From contig NC_042997.1 of NCBI RefSeq assembly GCF_006345805.1, positions 179,552,001-179,616,000 on the forward strand: a stretch of DNA of 64,000 bases. The letters are read 5' to 3'. The position numbers and the translations under genes are program-made. The notes below the pieces were generated by a model that was not told where the DNA came from, ran no database searches, and was given only the letters and a program-made list of their open reading frames with translations. Source of the stretch: Octopus sinensis. Lineage: Eukaryota. Below, piece by piece: positions 1-12,546 of the stretch (the stretch's first letter is position 1; each line of letters opens with the position of its first letter).

Positions 1-646
1 GGTGACATTGAATGCTTCCATTGACTTCATTGCTGCTTCATTTCCGGGTCATAACCGTAGCACCAGCTTTCGTCACCTGTGATGGCCTTCGAAAAACGGT
101 CCAGATTAACTTCCAACTATTCTTTCAGTTCACAACACACATTTGTCGTGACTGCTTTTCATATTCCGTGAGCACAAATTTTGCTGCAACTTTTTCATTC
201 GCTATTCGTCGCTCAAACTTTGTTTGGACATACTAGTCTTATCAACAAGCTCAGTTCATGAATTTTCGTGATGTTTACATTCGTTCGGAAGGACGGCGGT
301 CACGCTTAAAGTGGCTGATCTTCAAGCGAAAAGTGACCATTCTTAAAGTGTGAAAATCACTCCTAAACTTGTGTTTTGCCAATGGCAGCGTCATTGTAAG
401 CTGTTTGAAGTATGAGAACTATTTCGGCAGCTCGTTTCTCCAGCAGAAAACAGAATTTCAGGGAATCACTGTCCCTTCGTGTCTGCCATCGTAAAAATCG
501 ACGAACAGGGGAGAAGCACTGCAAAACACACACACACAACGTGGTAGTACGACCCCAACAAACGACACCGGTCGGCAGCCTGGAGGTTGAGGGCTGCATC
601 AATTGGCGTCTAGCAGCGGAAGCCTGAACCACCTCAGTCCCACGTA
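1..646 (-). mobile_element. Decayed mariner (Tc1/mariner) transposon, 5' half, running off the window edge
   Basis: Minus-strand translation of 1-90 gives KAITGDESWCYGYDPEMKQQ*SQWK (first catalytic Asp motif TGDESW at 63-80). ORF 363-632 carries the N-terminal HTH region (FLLEKRAAEIVLILQTAYNDAAIGKTQV). Stops and frameshifts are present. A possible TIR remnant ends near 646. Confidence 0.85.
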
Positions 647-1367
647 ACCCTTAAAATTAAATATGTATCTCCATCTTCATGATGTCATGAACAGGAGAGA
701 TACATGTTTTGATGGATGTACCATTCGTCTCCGAAATACAAAACTATCAGATGATCTGGTGTCTATTTTAATAGTTAATCAACTGAAATTGCTGAATAAA
801 GCGCCGATCTAAGGATCACAAGGCTCCACACCCTATCAAGGCCTTATCATTCACAATATTTGAGATAGTGTTCTACAAAACATTTCGGTGCTATTCTATT
901 TTGTTGTAGTAGTATAAACAATTTTCTGTCTTCAATTTATGGTAACTCTATATATTTCTGAGTTGACAAATTATTATTTATTCTGAAAACACGATGATGC
1001 CAAACTGGGAACATATATTAATACAGTAGAATCCAAGGAAACCAATGGTTTGTGTCGCCAAATATCAATGCAAAATTATTACTACAGGAAAAGATGTCCA
1101 GTTGTTAGTAAGAAGCAAATTTAGTGATAACAATGTTTTTATTTTCTGTTTATCCTTTTTTTATTGTAGATTAGTGTGTTGTTGAAGAAGGTGCTAATAG
1201 CATTTTATAGACCTGCAAAACAGGTCGATATCGATGATAAAATGAATTAGATTTAATAAGTTTGTTTGAGTATAACTACAAAAGTGTCGCTGGCAAATAT
1301 CCTTTGGAAATAAGTTCCAGAAAGGATTCAAATATATTACTCAGGTGCGACAAATCAGACCCACCAG

Positions 1368-1517
1368 AGTAAACAGGAGAGACAGAGACTGGCAGAAACA
1401 AGGAAAATGCCCCTTGTATTTGAATACTACGCAAATATTCTTTTAAAATACTTTTCTTTTAATTTTTCCGAAATGTTTTTAGTAAATTATTTTAGCATTT
1501 TCTACCTTGACTTTTTT

Positions 1518-1520
<3 letters not shown>
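1368..1520 (+). repeat. Older, diverged and internally deleted copy of the palindrome arm
   Basis: Aligns by eye to 1781-1990 (aatgcc.cttg/atatttgaa.actac...aaattattttagcattttcta) but lacks about 55 central bases. Followed by (TA)n 1521-1553. Confidence 0.8.
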
Positions 1521-1545
<25 letters not shown>

Positions 1546-1557
<12 letters not shown>

Positions 1558-1997
1558 AAACAAGTCAGAATAGAAAATGCTAAAATAATTTTATAAAGAA
1601 CATTTCAGTACCGGTTTCGGTCATTTTGAGACCTTTTCAACTGTAACGATTAAATAATTAAATTTAGAAAAATTAAAAGAAAAGTTTTTTAAAGGAATAT
1701 TTGTATAGTAGTGTTCAAATATAAGTGGCATTCTGCCTTTCTCTGACTCCCTTGTTTGCACTTGTGACTTCGAACACACTAGTGCAAACAAGGGAGTCAG
1801 AGAAAGGCAGAATGCCACTTATATTTGAACACTACTATACAAATATTCCTTTAAAAAACTTTTCTTCTAATTTTTCTAAATTTAATTATTTAATCGTTAC
1901 AGTTGAAAAGGTCTGAAAATGACCGAAACCGGTACTGAAATGTTCTTTATAAAATTATTTTAGCATTTTCTATTCTGACTTGTTTTTTCATATATAT
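1546..1997. repeat. Near-perfect fold-back palindrome (217-bp arms, 18-nt loop) abutting (TA)n
   Basis: Arms 1546-1762 and 1781-1997 pair without indels, with 2 mismatches seen by eye. This explains the near-identical ORFs 1621-1818(-) and 1725-1916(+). Confidence 0.95.
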
Positions 1998-2023
1998 CAA
2001 CTCGTGTGTTCGTTTTCACCCTT

Positions 2024-2098
<75 letters not shown>

Positions 2099-2647
2099 AT
2101 ATAAAAGAAAACAATGGTTTTATTCCAAAGGAATAAACTGTGTAAAATAATGTAATCTTCTCATCAGGAAAGAAAGAGAACCTATCTTAACAACAAGACA
2201 TCATAACAAGTTTGATGGCTGCATAAATGATAAGCAGAACGCTAGTAAGTATTTAAAAAAAAAACGTTAGTAGATCTGACGTCAAGTGTAGACCATAGAA
2301 AGAGAAGGGGTAAAAAAATAATAAGTAGAGAACAAATAAAGAGGGATATATATATATATATATATGATCAAAGGCTTGGAAGTAGATTTCTCTATTGAAG
2401 TAAAGTGCAAGTTGAACTAAATGTTCAAACTATACAGACTGGTATAAATCACTTATATGAGCTAAAGGTATGTTTCTGCCAGTGCTTACATTCGTAAGAT
2501 CGTTCTATAAGTGTGTTAACAAGGTGATTCTTAGACAAGAGAATATGGAAGAGTTCAGAGTTGCAAATGTTACAAAATCCTTTGTCCTTGTCATAAGGGA
2601 AAGAGAGGGACAGGATGAACCAATCTAACTTAAAATCCTTATTTTTG

Positions 2648-2783
2648 TCTTTAAGATACCAAACCAGTTTACTTAGCCCTGTGCTATTACGTTTACTGCT
2701 ATCCTAAATGAAGGGTATCTTTAAGATATCAAACCGGTTTACTTAGCCCTGTGCTATTGAGTTTACTGCTATCCCTATATGAA
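2648..2783. repeat. Two-copy tandem duplication, period 70 bp
   Basis: tctttaagata.caaacc.gtttacttagccctgtgctatt..gtttactgctatcc starts at 2648 and again at 2718. Confidence 0.9.
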
Positions 2784-3050
2784 TTATTGCCATAGGGAAT
2801 TATGTTTACAAAGCGATCGATTTGGAATAATTGCAACAAATGCCTCAAATGAGAATAAGTCGAGATTTCTTTAGATTCAGGAAAGAAGAAACTGCAGACT
2901 ACTTTGAATATGTAGGCAAAAGTGAGCCAGAGATTATAGATTATTACTGTTGATTTTTAATTACCAAGAAGAGACATTATAGAAACATACAACCTGGTCT
3001 GTTGTTTTTTTGAATGACCTGTGTTAGTTGTGTGCTTGAATGCAAGTACG

Positions 3051-3062
3051 CATCTATCTATA

Positions 3063-3145
<83 letters not shown>

Positions 3146-3174
3146 TTATTTATCTATCTATCTATCTATATATG

Positions 3175-3215
<41 letters not shown>

Positions 3216-3220
3216 ATACA
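3051..3220. repeat. Compound microsatellite (TATC)n-(TA)n-(TG)n
   Basis: Direct reading. Confidence 0.95.
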
Positions 3221-3433
3221 GACAGACAGACACATACGCACACAAATAACTAAACATACTTTCTTCTACGTAGTCTGTTGGTTTATTTGAACCGAACATA
3301 TAACTGCCGTGATGCCCTTTCGCCCTGACTTTTCGCTCAAAATTTTCAAGATGAAAGCTTATTGTATTATATATATAATTTGTATTGAGTGTGAATTGAA
3401 ACACTTGTAGGCAATGTTAATCAAAGAATAAAT

Positions 3434-3504
<71 letters not shown>

Positions 3505-3505
<1 letters not shown>

Positions 3506-4058
3506 CCCTGATGCAGTACATGGCAGTGGGTCTCGTGGATTCTTATCTTAACTGACTGGAACTGTTATCATGTACGTTGTTTTGTCTTGGTATAAAATAT
3601 GCACTACAGCAAATATTCTGCTCAATACCACAGATTTGCTTGTCAGTTGTTTGACCATAACCAGTTGAGCATGTCCCTCAGTGGCTGACGATATGTGCAT
3701 CTCTGATCATGAGCAGAAGTAGTGGCGGAGCATCATAGCCATGTGTTGAGAGGGATTCTTTGGGGTTTGAAGAATTCACTTCTGGAAACATGGATGTTTC
3801 GTTCAACATCCTTAAACAACCCTTATTCAGGGACCATTTGAGCGGGATGGGTTACTCGACCACAAGAAAATTCTAACTGGGCCCCACTTGCAAGCTCATA
3901 TGCTGTTCATCTTGATATGAGATCACCATGTCGCGCACATATGGTTGTGATGCATGTGCCTAGTGTAACCTTATCAGACGGGTAGTCATGATGAGTACAC
4001 TTGACTTCGTATATTTTACCCCAGGGTCACTTTGATGGCATGCACTGCTCTCTCACTC
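3505..4058 (+). mobile_element. (TAA)n-embedded non-coding interspersed element, longest copy (about 555 bp)
   Basis: Flanked on both sides by pure (TAA)n (3434-3503, 4059-4126). Shares its right end (...atgcactgctctctcactc|aataa) with the copies at 4127-4513 and 30945-30994. Strand inferred from the nested left-end truncation. Confidence 0.8.
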
Positions 4059-4126
<68 letters not shown>

Positions 4127-4128
<2 letters not shown>

Positions 4129-4513
4129 TCCCTTAGTGGCTGACGATATGCGCATCTCTGATCACGAGCAGAAGTAGTGGGGGAGCATCATAGCCATGTG
4201 TTGAGAGGGATTCTTTGGGGTTTGAATAATTCACCTCTGGAAACATGGGTGGTTCTTTCAACATCCTTAAACAACCCTTATTCAGGGACCCTTTGAGCGG
4301 GATGGGCTATTCAACATGAAGAAAATTCTAACTGGGCCCCACCTGCAAGGTCATGTGCTGTTTATCTTGATATGAGATCACCATGTCGCGCACATATGGT
4401 TGTGATGCATGTACCTAGTGTAACCTTATCAGACGGGTAGTCATGATGGGTACACTTGGCTTCGTATATTTTACCCCAGGGTCACTTTGATGTCATGCAC
4501 TGCTCTCTCACGC
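4127..4513 (+). mobile_element. (TAA)n-embedded element, 5'-truncated copy
   Basis: Matches about 3673-4058 with scattered substitutions. (TAA)n on both sides. Confidence 0.85.
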
Positions 4514-4666
4514 AATAATAATAATAATAATAATATAATAATAATAATAATATAATAATAATAATGATAATAATAATAATAATTATAATGATATGTATGT
4601 ATGCATATATCAATATATACATGCTTATATATATTCATTTACATAGCTGTGTGTGTGTACATATAC

Positions 4667-4697
<31 letters not shown>

Positions 4698-5510
4698 TAC
4701 ATACATACATACATGCATGCATAATATATACATACATGCATTCATGCATTCGCGCATGCATAGATACACACACACAACCATCACCAGTCATTCAAAGAAA
4801 CAACGGACCATGCCATGGAATTTTTCATACGAAAACCGCACACTTAAAGTGCATTGCACGAATCAAAGGCTTATAACAATGGAAAAGATTAATGCACATT
4901 GAAAACCCCCGTAAAACAGAACACAAGACGCATTATACTAAACCAGAAAGAATAACAAATGCTACACAACAAAAACACTAGATTAGAAAAAGAAAGAACA
5001 TAACAATACTAAACTATAAACCAGGAAGTACAAACAAACTACAAAGAACTAATATCATTTACAAATCTCATTACAAACGTGAAAATTGTGAACTTCAATA
5101 CTCTTACACCTCGTTCCCTTTGCCTGTTTCAATTTAATACTTTTGTCGCTAATTTTGTACTAACACACATACAACAAACATTCTCGCAATTTTGTACTGC
5201 CCTCCAGCCTACCTACCGACCGACTGACCTAGCTAGCTAGCTAGCTAGCTACCTACCTACCTACCTACCTACCTACCTACCTACCTACCTACCTACCAAC
5301 CTACCTACCTACTTAACTACACACGAACCATAGACACACCCAGATACACACATATGTGTGTGTGTGGCTAAGAGTTGTTTTGATTCTTCTTTCTAGCACA
5401 ATGCTTGTACCTAGTACCCTTAGTCACTTTGGTGGCGTCTATAGTTCTGCCTTGTTGTTGCAAATTGCGAATAAGCCACCTATATTACTTATATATATAT
5501 ACATACATGC

Positions 5511-5565
<55 letters not shown>

Positions 5566-5610
5566 TATATATATATTATGTATATATATATATTATATAT
5601 ATATATATAC

Positions 5611-6082
5611 AAGAAAAAAGCAACAAAAATGGATCAATATTTCGGTAAAATTGTTTCGTACGAAGACCACCTTTATTAAGGCTGCAAATATTACAGCAAA
5701 TACAAGTGACCCGTACTCATCAGCCGAAAAAACATCTGAGTTCTCAAAACATCTAAGGGGGTGAGGCTACACTCCTGAAACATCAGGGATAGTCCTATAA
5801 AAATCAGATTTAGATAATAAACGGACTTCCAAAGTTCTTTAATATTGCAGTCATATAACAGGTTTTAAAAAAGTATTTTAAAAAACCTCTTAGTTTTTTA
5901 AAAGGTGGTCTTCGTGCGAAACAATTGTACCGGAATATTAATCCATTTTTGTTGCTTTTTTTTGTTCATAATCAGCCCGCATTATCTTATGGTTAAAACC
6001 ATATAGATTTCTGGTGCATCTAAGTTAAGTACCGCATTTATGTGAATTCAAAGGAACTCACTTGAATCTTAATCGCTTTTAC
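5611..6082. mobile_element. Inverted pair of PLE pseudo-LTR-like modules between (TA)n tracts
   Basis: 5611-5680 is the reverse complement of about 5899-5965. The + copy holds the 3' half of the same hammerhead (GAAA 5918-5921, ACAAUUGU-A, CCGGA). Confidence 0.65.
5640..5729 (-). ncRNA. Type I hammerhead ribozyme motif with extended stem II (PLE pseudo-LTR-like module)
   Basis: Minus strand: stem I UUUCGG(5729-5724)/CCGAAA(5645-5640); core CUGAUGA(5723-5717); stem II GUACG(5716-5712)/CGUAC(5662-5658) with further pairing inside; GAAA(5657-5654); quasi-palindromic stem III ACAAUUUU; UUA cleavage triplet. Confidence 0.8.
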
Positions 6083-6088
6083 TTATAT

Positions 6089-6156
<68 letters not shown>

Positions 6157-6187
6157 TATATATATAGATATATATGTATATTATGTG

Positions 6188-6220
<33 letters not shown>

Positions 6221-6383
6221 GTATATATATATATGTATATATATATGTATATATATATATGTATATATATATTATGTATATATATATATGTATATATATA
6301 TATTATGTATATATATATATGTATGTATATATATATTATATATATATATGTATACGTATATATGTATATATTATGTATGTATG

Positions 6384-6420
<37 letters not shown>
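6083..6420. repeat. (TA)n/(TATG)n compound microsatellite
   Basis: Direct reading. Confidence 0.95.
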
Positions 6421-6425
<5 letters not shown>

Positions 6426-6519
6426 TACGTATTTTTCACTGATTGGTGTTGTCCTGTAATTAATGTGGATTTTTAAAATTATAATCGAACGCCACGCAGC
6501 CTTGTCAACAGTAAGATCT

Positions 6520-6566
<47 letters not shown>

Positions 6567-7271
6567 TCTGCGACTCCACATACAGGTTTCTTTCTTTCTG
6601 TCTATCCCTCGAAAATCCTCTTTATTTTCTGTTTCTCGAACTCCTTCGTCGCAGTCCCCTGTCTTTCTCCCACTCCCTACTATCTTTCGTTCGTTCTCTC
6701 TTCTCCTCACGACTTTTGTTTCTTTCACTCATCCTCTCTCTTGCTCACCTTGCTCTCTCCCTGTTGGTCACACGTGACTACAAGCCATTTTTCTTTCGCC
6801 TTTGTCTTTTCTGGAACAGACGACCAACTAGCTGGACGTTATTTCTCTCGCTTCTTCTACTATTTTTTCTCTTCTGTTTATTCTATATTCTTTCAAAACT
6901 TCTTCCAGGCGTTACCCATTACAATTCGTCTTGGCCTAACGGCTCTTGATATTTGACTTCGTGGATTGTTTACTCTATACATCCACTCTGTTATTGCTTT
7001 CCTTTTGAGGTCCTAACTCTCAACAGAATTTATATTTCTAAAATTTCTGGATGCTGCTGTCTTATGAAGTTTTCCTATCTTGTCGTTGAAAGCACGAAAT
7101 AGGGAGTAATAAACAGTCGATAACTCAGGAAGAGTTAGACTTCTTTTGGTATTTTGTCCTATACTGTCTCTCGTTATGTGTTTACGTATTTTTCACTTGT
7201 TCGTGCACTTAATGTGTATTTTCTATTTATTTATAATGGAACACCTCGCAGGCTTGTCCACAGTAAATTTT

Positions 7272-7275
<4 letters not shown>
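6421..7275 (+). mobile_element. Non-coding element with diverged ~100-bp direct repeats, each followed by (TA)n (PLE-derived partial-tandem-like)
   Basis: 6421-6525 (gtttacgtatttttcact...gccttgtcaacagtaa) resembles 7180-7275 (gtttacgtatttttcact...ggcttgtccacagtaa). Pyrimidine-rich interior containing cacgtgac. Confidence 0.5.
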
Positions 7276-7364
<89 letters not shown>

Positions 7365-7879
7365 TTATGTATGTATGCATGTATATATGTAAGTACGAAT
7401 GGATGGATGGATGGATGGTTGGATGGAGCTAAGTATGAGTACAAACATCTTAATTTGTGAACGCATGTTCATTAAAAAGACAAAAGAGCGCTTTAATCAC
7501 GGGAACGAATTCAAGGCCGAAAACAACACAAATTACAAGAAGAACAAATAAAAGATTATTTAATACATATATATACATAATTTTTATATATTTATATATG
7601 ACAATAGAATATATCTGATGAACATAGACATACGCTATCATCCACTATCTCATCAATTATGTTCCATTTAGAGTCGCTTAAGCAAATTTACTTTGCAAAG
7701 GTAAGAATGAAATGAGAAGATTATGAAGAAATTAGAAATTACTCAATGTGAAAAGAAATATCTTGCGTGTTGTTGGGATCCTGAAATCACGAAGTCAATA
7801 ACACGAAATAATGCTTCATTGAGTTAAGATCCAATCTAGAGTGTAAGACATGTTATTTTGTTGCATAATTTCCATTTAT

Positions 7880-8930
<1,051 letters not shown>

Positions 8931-9563
8931 TATCAACCAATCTAACTAGCTATCTACGATTTTCTTACACACAACAATATATACATGTATGCACCAATTC
9001 ATCACTCAATCACTGAACCAATCAATCTTTGAATCTATCTAATTTTTTACCTTATAACCTGTCTCTCAATTTGTCTAACCTTCTATCTATCTATGTTATC
9101 TATATTATCTATCTATCTATACATACACATATGGACACTATCATCATCACCATCATCTTACACTTTCTCTTCTTCTTCTTCATCATCATCATAGTTTTGA
9201 ACGCCATAATCCTTTACCATTCCATGCTTGTGCAGATCAAATGAAACTTGGGATAATTCTCCTGCGGCTGGATGCTCTTCCTCTCAACAATACATACATG
9301 TTTCTAAGCAAGGTAATATTTCCTTAAGTACTTCGATTAACAATCACCTACATGGCCTTATATATATTTCGGGGAAGATTGTCAACAAATGATACCGTTT
9401 ATGTGAACGGAAATTTTTGCTGAAGTGGTGAACATGATATCACATTCATCTACAGACACACGGTCGTGCACAAAAGCTCGCACACGTACACACACGCAAA
9501 ACCACGACATAAACACACGCACAGATCACAACTATTACTATATTCCAATACTCTCTTGTATGC

Positions 9564-9594
<31 letters not shown>

Positions 9595-9963
9595 AATATA
9601 TATATATATATATAATATATATAGTGTGAGAAACAGTACATGAAAAGCTACAGAGTCTTTATAAATCACAACGGTCGCTTCGACCCATCATGTATAGACG
9701 AATGACTTACTGTGCAACTAGCTTGGGTGCACCCTTTGGAACAGATGTTTCTTGTCACGTGACTTTTGAAACGGTACCTCCTCTGATAAATTCGGTTTTG
9801 CTTGGTTCGATTATACATATGACGTTACTTGACTGTAGGTGTTTGCCAATAGCCTTCGTGAATTAAAATACATACTTGCATACACACGCGCACGCAAACA
9901 CACACACACACCTGCACATGAATATATGTATATATATAGATATATACATACATACATATATAC

Positions 9964-10038
<75 letters not shown>

Positions 10039-10109
10039 GGAGTAAACATATAAATGTGAAACAAGGTGGAAAAAAAAGTACTCAAATACCAGTGGTAGAG
10101 TAATATGCT

Positions 10110-10221
10110 TTATTTAAAGCAGCAGAAAATTCAACAAAACCTATTACTCTGAGTTTCCCGTTGCCGTTCATCTTAGACTCAGAGTAACAGGTTTTGTTGA
10201 ATTTTCTGCTGCTTTAAATAA
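10110..10221. repeat. Fold-back palindrome (45-bp arms, 22-nt loop) ending in (TA)n; overlaps a truncated hammerhead-like motif
   Basis: Arms 10110-10154 and 10177-10221, 1 mismatch. Minus strand 10172-10145 reads GAUGA-A-CG-GCAA-CG-G-GAAA-CUCAGAGU-A. Confidence 0.85.
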
Positions 10222-10388
10222 TATATATATATATATATATATAGACATACATACATATATATACACACACATATATATATATGTATACATATGTATATAT
10301 ATATATACACACATATATACATATATATATATATACATATATATATACATATATATATATATACATGTTTATATATGTATATATATAG

Positions 10389-10421
<33 letters not shown>

Positions 10422-10688
10422 TATATACCTGTGTATGTATCTTTATATATGCAGAGAAGTCTATAAATTTATATATCTAAATGCATAAATGTGCGTGTGT
10501 ATTGACACGCATGCATCTCTGTAGATATGTCTGTCGGTCTGTCCGTCCGTCCGTCCGTCCGTCCGTCTGTCTGTCTGTCTCTTTGTCTTTCCCTCCCTCC
10601 GTCCGTCCGTCCATAATGATACATCAAATTTTTATGTCTACCCAACTAGTTTTTTTCCTCTCAGTTTTTAAGTCTAAAAATATATCAG

Positions 10689-10728
<40 letters not shown>

Positions 10729-11859
10729 GTTTATATATGTATATATGTATATATATTTATACACACACAAATATATGTATCCACATATGTACATATATAC
10801 ATGTATATGTGTATTCATGTATGGACGCATATATTTAGCTATTAGCATGGTCTAATAATCTAACTTTGTGTCTGCTTCTCTCTATGCATGCATTGCATGT
10901 CGCTGCTTCTCTTTGCATGTTTTAATCTTCATGTGGCTAACATGCAAAATCTCATCAGCCGTTTCTCTTGGATTAAATTAGACAAGAATGTAGCATTGTT
11001 TTTACAAGTTTGCCTGTACAGAAAATACACGCACACACACACATGCACAGACATATATAAACACACACACACACAGATATTGGTGTGAAAGTGAGAGATA
11101 AATACAAAAATTGGGGTGAATAACTGTATACGTACGCGAACACGCATACTCTCACACGTACGTATTCGTATATGTATATGCATATATATATATATGAGTG
11201 TGTGAATCTGTGTGTGTACATGTGTGTGTTCTCCTGCGTATGTACGTCTATATGAATGAGCATGCTTCTTCTATCTATAACATACAGGTACGCTCGCACT
11301 CGTGACAAAATACATATTTTCATAACAACATGAATGCATATATATATATATATATATATATATGGAGAGATAGAAAATGAAACAAATCAAAGGAAGAGAG
11401 CAGGAGAGCGAGCGAGTGAGAGATAGATAAAAGCGAGATAAATAATAGATAGATAGAGAGAGAGAGAGAGGGAGAGAGAGAGGGAGAGAGAGAGGGAGAA
11501 AGAGAGCTAGAAAGAAAGAAAAATTTCTGAGTTAGAAAATTAGTTAATGATGTACATATGTTGCTTAGTTGTGGGCATAGCGAAATGGGTTAATAAATAC
11601 AACTAGATATATACGCATACGTTTTAGCCATAGACTCAGGCATAGTCTAAGTTTGAGCGATAGATAGTATGTGTGTATTACAAAGCAATGTTGTGTTCAG
11701 TTAAGCTAACAGCTTTGACTTATCTTTCCTTCAGTATCAAGGAAGCTTATCTTTCAGCACCAACTTATATCATTATTATTTGTATTCAATACTTTAACAT
11801 ATTTAACGTATAAAAGTAGCCAGTGTTCTTATTACTGCAAGATTAGAAATATCGTTACA

Positions 11860-12283
11860 GTGTCAGACAATATTACTTTACCGATTTTTTTATTCTTCTT
11901 TACGTTCTGAATTCATCTCCCACCGAGGTCAGCTTCGCCTTTCATTCTTTCTGGGGATCGGTAAAAGAAGTACCATTTGAGCATTGGGGTCGATGTAATC
12001 GGATTCTCCCTCCTCAAAAAATTGCTAGCCTTGTTCCAAAATTAGACAGAATTATTACTATTGTCTGTTAAGACGGAACTTTGGCTGTAACGTTGGTGCT
12101 TCTGACAAAATGCTTAATTGCTCTTTACGTTATGTGCTCAAATTTCATCATTTTGGACCCGATAAAATAAGTACCAGTCAAATATAGGAATTTATGTAAT
12201 AAGTACCATTTTAGTACTGAGGCTGACGTAATCTACTAGTCTCCCACTAAAAATTTCAGGCTAAAGTAAAAAGGATTATTAAT
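11860..12283 (+). mobile_element. Two old, degraded copies of SINE family D
   Basis: Remnants of the core gcctttcat.cttt..gggg.tcg.taaaa.aagtacca...ggggtcgatgtaatcg and the tail aaaatt.c.ggcct...aggattatt. Confidence 0.55.
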
Positions 12284-12546
12284 AAATAAAAATAAATGCG
12301 CCCTTTGAAAGCCTAGCCAGGTTCATGGACCCGGTTTCCCGATTTCTATGGCGTATGTGTTCCCCAGCTGGACGGGACGCCATTCCATCGCAGCGTTACT
12401 CATTTTTGCCAGCTGAGTGGACTGGAGCAACGTGAAATGAAGTGTTTTGCTCAAGAACACAACGCATCGCCCGGTCCAGGAATCGAAACCACAATCTTAC
12501 GATCATGATGCTGACACCCTAACTACTAAGCCACGCGCCTCCACAG
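12284..12546 (-). mobile_element. tRNA-derived SINE family C (CORE/V-like middle) with 14-bp TSD
   Basis: A box tggcttagtagttagg, B box gtttcgattcct, middle gtgttcttgagcaaaacacttcatttcac. TSD aaaggattattaat at 12270-12283 and 12547-12560. Confidence 0.85.

Noticed and set aside
1621-1916. Apparent duplicated gene pair on opposite strands
   Set aside because: It is an artefact of the DNA palindrome. The peptide has no recognisable features.
3434-4590. Repeat-spacer-repeat look reminiscent of CRISPR
   Set aside because: The repeats are (TAA)n, the spacers are homologous TE copies, the context is eukaryotic and there are no cas genes.
10905-10975. Minus-strand CUGAUGAG followed by a 10-bp stem
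   Set aside because: No C-GAAA after the stem and no stem I/III pairing, so it is not a hammerhead.
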